This document shows, in pieces, positions 50,301-62,300 of a DNA stretch of 64,000 nt. Below the pieces are notes generated by a model, which made no database searches, was not told the origin of the DNA, and saw only the letters and a list, made by a program, of their open reading frames with translations. A program made the translations under genes and the position numbers. Each line of letters starts with the position of its first letter. Position 1 is the stretch's first letter. Source of the stretch: Promethearchaeota archaeon (lineage in GTDB: Archaea; Asgardarchaeota; Lokiarchaeia; Sigyniarchaeales; SOKP01); the NCBI GenBank assembly GCA_048941185.1, contig JBHLNW010000003.1, positions 31,238-95,237 on the forward strand, given 5' to 3'.

Positions 50301-53300
50301 CAAATACTACAATATTTTTGGCAGACTATGATTATCTGAAATTTTTAAATAGGACAACAGATTTAATTCAAAATTACTTTATTGAAAATACATTTTATGA
50401 ACTAAATTACTATCCTAAATTTGAAGTTATATATACAATAATTAGTGATGATTTTAGCAAGCTTCAAGATCCAAATATATTTTATACCTTAAGTCTAGCT
50501 AAAGGTGCTTTAACAATATTTATAATGACACCTGAAGGAGATTTGCCTATAAAATATTTTAATTCATTAGATTTTGTTCAAGAAATAGGATCATTTTCAG
50601 TAAATAGTGATGACTTCTATGGTTATAATGAAATTAGCTTAAAATTTTCCTATGAGGGAGCTCTTATCTATGAAAGGTACCAAAATGGTTTTGTTTTAGA
50701 CGAACTAAAGATAAAATATTATAAATTAAATACAGATTTTAATTTCCATCCATATTCTAAGAGTTACGAGGGATATATGCTCTATCTTGATGGAACTATA
50801 TCAAATAGCAGTAATTTATATGGAATAATTGGAATTGATAATAATGTGAGTCTTTTTTCATTGATTGATTTATCTAGACAACAATTTCCAAATTATGATC
50901 CCTTTTCACATTTATTAAGATTAGACCTTACCAATCCATGTTTTGATAATGCTTATGATATTAATACTGAAATTATCTCATTACAACCATTTGAAATTAC
51001 TTTTTCTAATATTAGTTTATTTGGTGGATGGCATGAATTGAGTATTTACAAAGAAGAAAAGGCTTCTTTGCTTACATTTTTTGATTTTGGTGCTATTATC
51101 TCATTGAATTATATTGAGCTTTATTATGAATTAATTAGTGGATCAGATCAAGCAGTTGAAATAGTTAAAATAAGTACATTAATCCAACCAACCAAAGAAT
51201 GGGATAATATATTCGATTGCCAAGGAAAAGGAACAAAAGTAACTCAGGGTTGGCGAATTAAATTTAAAGAAGATTTAAATTATGGTGACGAGGTTTATGC
51301 AAGAATAATTCGAGTAGAATTTAAAATAATTAGAGGAAATGATTTTCCTGAAAAGGCTCCAATAGTTCAATCTGCTATGATATCAGCATTACGTACAAAA
51401 GTGGGAGACTTGGAAGGTATTAAACAATATAATGATGACAATGAATTAATCTTTGGATTTGTAGATGAAACAGAAAAGAGTATCGCATTTTCTTTCAAAA
51501 TTGATATACCCTCTGAAATCAAGCCCTTTATGATATTATCTCAAGATTATGCTAATTACCCTGAATTTTGTGATTTTCCTGGACTACTTTTAGAAGATTA
51601 TTCAGTTAAAATTTCTCATCCTAGTAAAAAAATAGCTAAGAGCCTAGACATTGGCCAAAGATTTAATCCTGAATTAGATGGGATTATAATCGAAGACATT
51701 AAGCAATATCTCAATGACTCAGGATGCTTTAATTTAATTTTTTATATAAAAACTGATTTTGAAATTAATTACCACTTTGATTTTCTTGCTGCTAGTTATT
51801 ACAATAATATCTCATCTCTAATGGGACTTCCTCAAATATTTCGAATGGATTTAGAACGTGCAAGTGAAATAATAGAAGTTTCTCCATCAGATGCAGATTA
51901 TTGGTCAGGATTAGGATCATACGATTTGAATGCTGCAACTAACACTGCTAGTTCAACTTTTTTGAGTTATAATACTAATGGAGATGATGCACCAATAACT
52001 CTTTCTAGAACAATGAGTGAGTTTTTTGGAAGAGATATTAAAAGTTCTGATAATGATTATAATGATCGAATAAAAATATTTACTGGTCAGGATAGAATTG
52101 ATAATTTAGTATTTCCAAATCTAATTAGTATTCGATACCCTTCTCAGAAGTCTAGTTCGATTAAATCTACTTCTTACAGTGACATTAGGATTTTTGGAAT
52201 TACACTTTATAGAAAATATCAAGCTGTCGGAAATAATGGAGAACAACAATTAAGTTTAACATATGACCTTAGTAGTCTTTACAATTCATACCCTGATTCA
52301 ATAATTAAAGTTCGTGCGAGAATAGGAGCTTATTCTTATTATGAAAGAACATCTTTATTTGGAATAAAAAGATCCATGACAACTTCAACATCTCTAGAAC
52401 TTTCGGTTTCAAGTGATAAATATTCAGGTACAAATATAATTACTAAAGAATTTCTATTGAAAAGTGATGATAAAATAACAATTACTACTAAGAAATATTA
52501 TGGATGGTGGGATAGATTTTGGTGGCCAGTAAGATATCAAGTGTTGAAGGTTTATGATCTTCGTGTAATGGTAATTAAAAAAGATCATATAATCGGAGAT
52601 TTGGAATGTGAATCAACATTACAAATTAATACAGGAACTTCTATTGATGAAATTGATTCAGCAGTTTTATCAGGGTCTTTAGAGGTTATCGCAGGGGAAT
52701 ATTTTCACAATGTATACAACTCTGGTCCTTTTAAATCAAATTTAGAAATAAAAACTTTATATTATCAATCACCATCTAATCAATGGTTAGATCTTGAATT
52801 TCCAAATATTCATAATTATGAAAGAAATCCTTACTTTAAGAAACAATATACTGATTTTGGTATACATAAAAGAGAATTTATTTTTTCAAATGATTTAATT
52901 TCTGGAGGATATAAATTTCAACTTCCTGATGATATTTTTTATGTGTTTAATGGTTATGCTACTGCTAAGCTTAAGGTGATCGTAACCTACCAACATGATC
53001 CGCGTAACCCCATTCCATTACCTTCAAATATGTTATATGCTGATTTAGATTATTATATTAGAGCACAATGGAAAAATATTGAATTGAGAATATTATTCTC
53101 AGATACAAGGTTATTAGGTGATTTATCTTATTCTGAGCACAATTTTGGATTTCATTTTGATATATCTGAACAAGATATAAAAGAAGAATTTGAAGAGGAG
53201 TTTGATCCTGCTGATGCTTGGTATTTTGGAACCTACTTTGATTTTTCAATCTATCCTCATTGGGCGAATGACCCAATAACTAAAACTACTCATTTTCATG

Positions 53301-56300
53301 ACATAGATAAATTGAAATTCAAGATGTGGTTAGGTGTTGAAAGATATTATAATAAATCTGAAAGTTCTGACACCTATATTGAAGAGATTGAACTTCCAAT
53401 CGATTATATGGAATTTCAGAATCTGGATTTGACTAAAGAATCTTTTGAGGTAATCTTTACAGAATCAGAAGATCGCGCAGCTGTTATTGACCCAAATGCT
53501 TTAAGATTAGGATCTCCTGATGTTGATAATTATTTTATATCTAAAGAGGGTTATGATTCAAAGATGATGAGATTTTATGTAAATATTACAATTAAATGGA
53601 CAAGTGCTGCTCAACTTAATACTCGAAAATGGTATGACCCATATGGTTGGAATACCAGAAAAATGATTACAATCAAAGTTTATGACCTTACGATCATTGA
53701 TATTATGAAAAAACCGGAATTTTATTCAGAGTTTAGAGATATTTATTGCCCGATTTCGATACCCCCATCAAAGAATGATATCTTTGACAGAATAACTAAT
53801 ATAAAAATTAAATTTGGTGGGAGTTTAAAGCTAAGCTCTTTTGAAATATATCATACTCTCTCAAGTACAATTGGATATCAAGTAGTAATGATGACTCAAT
53901 CGGGAGGGATTGAAATCCTTCATAAAGTTCTCTTAAAAAATTCAGTTTCTAATCAATTTGAGTTTATAATAGATATTCCCGTGTTTAAATTAGATGATAA
54001 AAATTATATTGATCTATTTATACATTTTGGTGTATTTGATTTCTACTTTTTAGGCTTATACGATGATACAGGTTATTTAAACTTGAGATTTGATCATATA
54101 TCAGTGGAGTATCTATATAGTACTGGTTTCTCAGATAGTTTTTCTGGAAATGCATACATTGATCAAGTATTTGAATATAATATTGGATTTGACTTAGATG
54201 ATGCTAATATAAGTTCAATAATAGTGAAAGGTGATATTGATTATTCTCTGCAATACATTACCATCTCTTCTAATGGAAGGATTAGTGAATATGCAAGTGA
54301 TATATTACCTAGTTTGTACATCTACAATTACTATTCTAATTCATATGAACCTATGATTTGCTATATGGAACAAACAAACTTATTTACATTTGTTATTGAT
54401 AAATATGATTATAACTTGGATTACTACTCTAAGGAAGGATATATGAAATTTATCATAGTATTAGATGGTACAAGTATTTTAGATAATATAGGGTTTAATG
54501 AATATTACTCTTATGCTCATATATTCATTAACTCTCTCGAAATTGAAATTAAAGAAGAGGGCGAAGAAAAAAATCAAAAAGTTTCATTTGAATCTATCAA
54601 ACCAAATGGAGATATATTAGAATTAGAAAATTGGGCTTTCTATAATGATATTTATACCAATGAATCAATACCATATAATTTTAGGTATGAAATTGGTATT
54701 GATGAAATTCCATCTGAAAAACAATACCTTAACGTATCATTAGCCTTTGTGAATGAATATTCTAATGGAATTCTACCGAATTATTATGCTATTCTAAATA
54801 AAAATAATGAAATAGTAGAAGGTCAACTAATTAATTATCTCATCAATAACAATAGTCAGATAATTTTTGCTGAAGTAATTATTATAATCGATCCAAATTA
54901 TAATGGAAATTACTACTTATATTGGTCTGACTTAACCAATTATGATCAATGGGAAATGGATGTAGATTTATCTAATGTTAACGAATTTTTGGGCATAATT
55001 CAGACATCAAATATACAAGATTATTTCAATTATAATCCCTATAATTTTGAGGTCAGTAAAACATTATGGAAATTAAATAAATTAGACTCTTACTTATACT
55101 CTCTATATGGTATCAACGGAGCTGCATCCCATACATTCGAATTCAATTTTGATAATCTTATATTTGATCTTAATAATATAACAGGTATTCAGTTTAAATT
55201 AATTGAAATTTCTGAATTTACTAGTAATTTCTACTTAAGGATTTTTGATTTCACTAACAAAATATTTAAAAATTATCCCATTAAAACCCGTACTGTAGAT
55301 AACTTTTATTTTAAAGAATATGAACATAAAATTGCTACTATTCACCTAGATCCTCTTGAAATTATCAGCTATTTGGCAAGAGACCTTAAATTAATCGTGG
55401 AATTGGGTTGTGAAACTCTAGAAGAATTGGATTTTGAGTGGGAAATTAACACTATGGAATTTATTATATCATATAACGAAGGGCTTAATAATGAAATAAA
55501 TGCTGAATATAAACAATATATTGCGGATCAAAATTTTCTTGATTCAATTGAATTCTACGATATCTTTAGCCAAACTGAGTTAGATGGATGGTTTGGTGAT
55601 ATAAATGATTTTAAAGTACAGAATAGTTATTTAACTAAATATCCTCCATCTCATAAAAAAAGTTGGTGGGAGGATGATTGTGACGATGATGATCACGATG
55701 ATGATCCATGTCGTTATTCATGGCGTTGTCAAAAACCATCTTACATATTGGTTGATAATTATGATGATGATTATTATGTAGATTTTCTTGTTAATATTCA
55801 AGATATTTGTTCTCATTATAAAACTGCTGAGTGGTTAGTCCACGCTAATAAAATAGATCAACGATGTAAAACGCATTATACTGGATTGCTATTTCAACTC
55901 CATGCTTATCAAAGTGCAAGCCACCATGCGAATGAACTGCATATTTGGAAGAAAGAATCCTGGGGGAATTGTTGGCGTTTTATTGATTCCATCAACGTAC
56001 CTATTCATATAGATGTAGATACATGGTATAAAATAACAACATATGTAAATAAAAGCTATATTTCTGTAAAAATTAATGGATCAGTCATTTATTCTGATTA
56101 TATCAGTCTTAATATTGATTCTGGTTATTTTGGAATCAGATCTTCCTATTATGAACAATTTTTTATAGATAATGTTATAATCAGCAAAGAGGAATTTATT
56201 GGTGAAAATATTAGGGACTATTTTGCGAGTATTGAGGTTAATATTTCAGATAATACCCACATAAAATATGGTGATTCAATAACCTCATCTTTTACAAATA

Positions 56301-59300
56301 TTCCTGATAATTATAATAGTTCTCTTAAGGATCATAAACTTAGTTTATTAGTAAATTCATCAGATGGATGGTTGATAATGGATGAAATGCTATCTAATCA
56401 AAATGGGATAACTGAATTTAAGATTGATTCCATAGATTTATCAACCTTTGATATTTTAGGTTCGCATTATACAAAGTATATTAATTACAAGTTAGAAAAT
56501 GATACTCGAGAATACTTTTTTATTGAGAATTTTGACAAGGATCTAAGTAAATGGACCTCAAATCATATTAATGATTTTACTATAGAGAATGGATATTTAG
56601 AGAAGGATGGATGTTTTGATAGAGAATCTTTTGTAGTTACTAATCCAGAACATCCAAACAATTATACTATAGCATTTGACGCAATGATGAACATTGATCC
56701 CTCTAGAGAAAAATTTGATTGGATCATTAATTCTGATGATGATTTTCATAACGGTTACATGTATAGGTTATATTCCTCAACCAGTAATGAATATCCAAAT
56801 ACATTACAGTTATATCAAAAAAAATGGGATGATGATGACGATTGTTACAAGATTCTTACCGAGATTGAAGTAAATCAGGAAATCTTTACTGGAAAATGGT
56901 ATCACTTAGAAATAGATATATCTGAAGATACTGAAAAAGTTTATCATAGAATAAGATTTAATGATGAACAAATCTTTTCATACGAATTTACTCAAGATAA
57001 ATATTATCATAGAGATTATTTTGGGTTTAGAATTTATAACACTAATCAATCAATTATTGATAACGTTCAACTATATACTGGTACGTATAACATTAAAGCT
57101 GTTGAACTAAATCCATTTACAATTGAAAATGAGAATCTAATTAAATATAAAAATGTAAAATACAATGATAATGGGATTACCCGAATTCAAGATATGGTCA
57201 TTTATCAAGAACCATATATACTTGATATTAATGATATTAGTCTGGGAGTGAATCTAAATTTCTCTTATTTATTAAATGAATTTGAAAGATATTTTGATTT
57301 AGAGAGCTACTATGGGTTGAAATTAGGTATTTTATTACCATATGATCCAATAATTTCGAGTGTTGAAGTAAGCTTATTAGATACTGAAGATAATAAAATT
57401 CAAAATGTTTTAAATTATGGTGATTTGAATGAAATTTACTCAAATCCAAATCAACATTCTGTAATTATCAATCAAACTCATATGGTCAAAACTGATGTAA
57501 CACTATCTTTTCTAGGGTTAAATGATGCCAAATTATCCTCTGCAAGATATCTAAGCATTAAAGCTAATAGATTACCCATTGAATATGGAGAATATTCTGG
57601 TAAACGAGTTGAGAATTTAATTGGAATGTGTTCTATTCAATTATTAAAACAAATAAACAACTATTCAATATCTAACTTTGATTTTGAGCAATCTTCTGGT
57701 AATACAATAGCAATTTATTATGAAGGTTCGGGTAGATTTTATTCTTCTCTAAAAATTCTAAATAATATAGTGTTTGAACGAACCAGTACCAAAATTGAAA
57801 TTTTTAATGGCCCATATTATTCAGTTAATTATGGAGGCAATTTCAAAATTCCCTTGAGAGTATTAATAGAAGAAACAAAAGCCGATGTCCCTTATCTCTC
57901 CCCCATTATTTATGGATCTTTTGTATTATTAATTGAAAAGAAAAATAAGTGGTTAACATATGGATTTGAAAAACTTAATCTTACTAATTATGAGCGTGAG
58001 GGTTTCTCTTATTATATCTGTGATATACATCCACTACTTTCTGCGGGCTTTTATGATAAAGTTAAATTACTTTGGATTGGAAATGGACTATTTAAACCAT
58101 GTGAAAGTTATTCTGAAGATTTTAATTCATTATTAGTAACCCCTTCGAAAACTAATATAAATTTAACTTTATATAACATGCAAGTAAGGTATGGTGATCC
58201 TTTTGAAGTTTCAGGTGAAATTAAAGATGAAAATGGTGATATGTTAAAAGATCTCAATTTAATTACCTATTTAAACAATTTTACTCGAAATGATTTCTCT
58301 TATTATGAAATTACTAATCTTGGGAGCTACTACACGAATTATACTTCAGAACAATTTTTATTCACATCTTATATGTATAGAGACTCATTTTTTAATTTCA
58401 CACCAATTTATGATCCATTATTTGCAAAATTCAGCTATAATGTAGATTATACAAACATCTTTCATATATTATATAAGTCCAGCAATAAGAATATAGTCTT
58501 ATCAATATCATTGGAATATAATAATTCTTTTAGTATTTGTAAAGATATTAGAATTACAACTCTAGATAAATGGATCGATTTATACATAGATACTCAACCA
58601 GATGATTATCCAAGCGGAGATTATATACTGACTAATTATTCTATTAAAATATTATCCTTACGCGACCAAGAGATTGAATTTTGTATTAAAGATATTAAGC
58701 TCGAACATTTTACTCCTATATATCTACAAATAAATACGCCTCAAGGTTGGAGAAATCTTGCAGTAACTACAGTTGAGATAAAAGATTTAGATACATCTGA
58801 ATTTAAATTTAAGCTATTTTCAGATTCTGAAAATTACATACTAAATAACATTTTTAGAACATTTCTATATGATGAACCCTTATATAATAATAGTTTACCT
58901 TCTGGAGATTATTTATGTAGAATTTATTTCCCTGAATTAAATGATTTCTATCAACCATCCTCAGACAATTTCTTTTTAAGAATTAATCCGCTTGAAACGG
59001 CAATATATTATCAACATGATGGTAATGAAGAAATTTCAAAAGATGGATTTTATAATAAAAGAACATATGAAGACACTTCAATATTTGCATTAGAACAGGG
59101 TAAACCTTATACTTTTGTTGATTTAGGTTGGACTTGGGGGGATAATAAAACAGTTAATTTTATGCTTTCTACAAAAGATTCGACAGGATTAAACGGACTC
59201 CCTAATAAGCCATTATGGTTTCAAATTGGTATTGTTCCTAACTCTTATCATGGTTTAGATCACAGAAGTTATTTGGCAGACTATTATCCAATGACTAGAA

Positions 59301-62300
59301 ACATTCGAACTGGTGAGATGCTAGTTAATGTCCACTTTATTCAGGATAAATATGGTAGACCAATTTTGTATGATTATTATGATTTAGAGAAAGAAGCAAG
59401 AAGATTCTATGGTCCTTTATTATGGCAAGTTCACTGGACAAATGAGGTAGGAATTGTTGCATTTAATCTTAGTATTACTTATAAACTGTTTAATTATTTG
59501 AGTAGGATCTTTTCAACAAGAGATCTCCCAAATATCGAAAAACATCTCTATATACGGGTTTTCTACAAAAATTTCTTTACTTGGGATGATATGATACTGC
59601 CAATTAATGATAAATTCCATGGTAATGAACCAATCCTCTGTTCCTTTGAAGAAAATCAACGTAAAGAAGACTTCATATTTAACTCCTATGACGCAGATAT
59701 AATAAAACAAGAACTTAAAAATGTAATCTATTATGATGGAATCTATTCAAGTAGTTATGCTGAAGGATATATTGACGTCTCTTTAGAAGGATTAACACTA
59801 GAGGGAAATTATATGGAGGTTACTTTAACCGGTGGAGAGAGAGATCGTTTATCATTTCTTTGTCAACTTAATGAAACTCAAAGAGATGAGTTAGGAAATA
59901 CAGTTCCAGAAGGGAAGTTATTAAATAATAATTGGAATATGCTAGGTAATGATATCGTCAAAGCATATTTCTTTATAATGAATCCCTCTATGACAAAAGT
60001 TCTTGTAGGAGCTCGTGATTCAAATCCAATGCCAGCTACTATAGATCCTATTACGGGTTTAATTAGTTTTGAAATGTCTTATCAAACTGCAGTTATGGAA
60101 GCATGGGAAAACATCATTCCAGGATATTATAAAGTAGTGTGTATTGTGCAAGAATCTGTTTATTATAAAGCAACATCAACTTATTTTACGATGTTGGTAA
60201 AAAGTCCTTATACCTTCAATTTTGCTGAACCTTCCACTAGTTATGATTTTACATTAAATTTTGCAGAACAGTCCGAAGTATTTGTAGAAAATATGATCAA
60301 TGATGAAATATACTCCAATTTTACATATACTAACGTATATCCAACTTTAAATGGAACAATTTGGATGGATCCATCTGATTATTCAGACGGAGCTACAGCA
60401 ATAATTCTTATTAATAATTTTCCCGTCTATAAAAGAATCGTATACCCAAATGAATCTTATTACGTCAACATTCCTCTCGAAGTTTTTGCAAATTTTGAGA
60501 TATTTAATATTACCTTAAGAACTTATAGCAATGAGAAAAAACTAATAAATTATGATATTGATGACCCATGGGAATCCACTAATATTGATGATCGTATTCA
60601 TTTTGATCTCTATATTACTAATGCTACAATAGATAATCCATATGAAGGAAGGGGTTTGATTGATGTTAATATAACTAATGTAGTAAAAAATAATGTCAAT
60701 TTTGAAACCTATGAAGGTAATTCTATAGTGCAATTAAGTCATATCGTGGAGGATGATATAAACGGTACTGCATTAAAAATAAAAAAATCATTTACATCAA
60801 TATTCGGTCAATATCATCATGGCTTGTTGTTATATCCTGAAGGAAAAGAATATATAACTGAAGTGAGTGTTAATCTAGTTGAATGGGATCCGTCTTTCAA
60901 AATTACCGAAATTAATGAATTAACTGAGAGTATATTACCATATCAACTAAAAGTTGGTTGGCAATATAATTTAGAAGATAATTTTCTTGAAAGTGTAAGA
61001 AAAGCACAATTTAATGATCCTTTAAATGATTCTCGAGTTGCTGAAGGAATCAGAATCTTCACAATGAAGAATTTTAGAACTTATTTACTATTTAAACATG
61101 CTTATTTACCATATGAGGGTTTCATAGAAGGTAAATTATTTTTATCACGACAATTAGGAACTACAGAAAGATTAAATATTTCTATCGTTTCAATTATTGG
61201 TACTACTATTAGCAAAGTATTATGGAGTCAAGAAATTGACTACACCAACAGCGATCTCATAAATTTCACATTTGAGACATTTAATATATTTCAATCTGAA
61301 TACCAAGATATAGCAGTAGTTATAGAATCTCTAAACATTGCAGCTCCAATTGCGGTGTACCTTTATGATGCAAGAATAAGAGGATTTGAAGATATCCTAT
61401 CTGTTAGTACACATTTACCTTATGGAAGAGCAGCACTTTTCTCCAGTAATTTTCTTTATTATTTTCTAAGAAATCAAAATGAAATTGGCTTAACAAGTGA
61501 GGATAAAGAAGTTTTAATAAGAGTTGAAGATCGTAAGGAAGAACAAAAGTTAGGTTTTCAATCATTTTTTGATCTTACTGAAGTATTAGAGATTTATGAA
61601 AATGTTGAGGTTGATCAATTTCACCATGATCCACAAGATGAAAGTTCAGATAATGGTTATATTACACCACATTCCAATGAACAAAGATATCTATTCTCTG
61701 AAGATGAGGATGAAGGAATATTTGTTAGAACTCAAATCTTTGGAATGAGAAATGTTAAAACGACTCAATGTCACTGTGGATATGTTGTAATGTATAAAAC
61801 AGAGGATCCTAATGATCCTTTTGATGAAAATATTGAATTAAAGAAAAGAAAAGTTTCCTTTTTTGTGCGCCCTCAAAAATGGAGTATAAAACCTCAAAAT
61901 CTTGAGATAACTTTTAATGACATTAATAATAGATTTAATATCTTTCTAGATGGAGATAGGATTCCTATTGATCAAGGTGTGGATTCAAATTATGTTAATA
62001 TAGAATATTCGCATGCTGTTGATCAGAGCAATGATAAGATTTGGAATAAGTGTAATTTTGATGAATTTGATAATAATTGGAATAAATCAGATTTAACTGA
62101 TGTTTTATTTGATATATATGATCATCAGTGTTACTTTACAACTTCTCATTTTGAAAGATCTGGAGGGTCAAATATTTGCAAACATAATGTCATAGATTTT
62201 TATCCTGATATCAGTGATTGGTCATCTTTTGATTTATTTCAAACTGAAATACAGGTAAATGACTCTTCTATAGTTAAAAACATAATAATACGAATTTATG

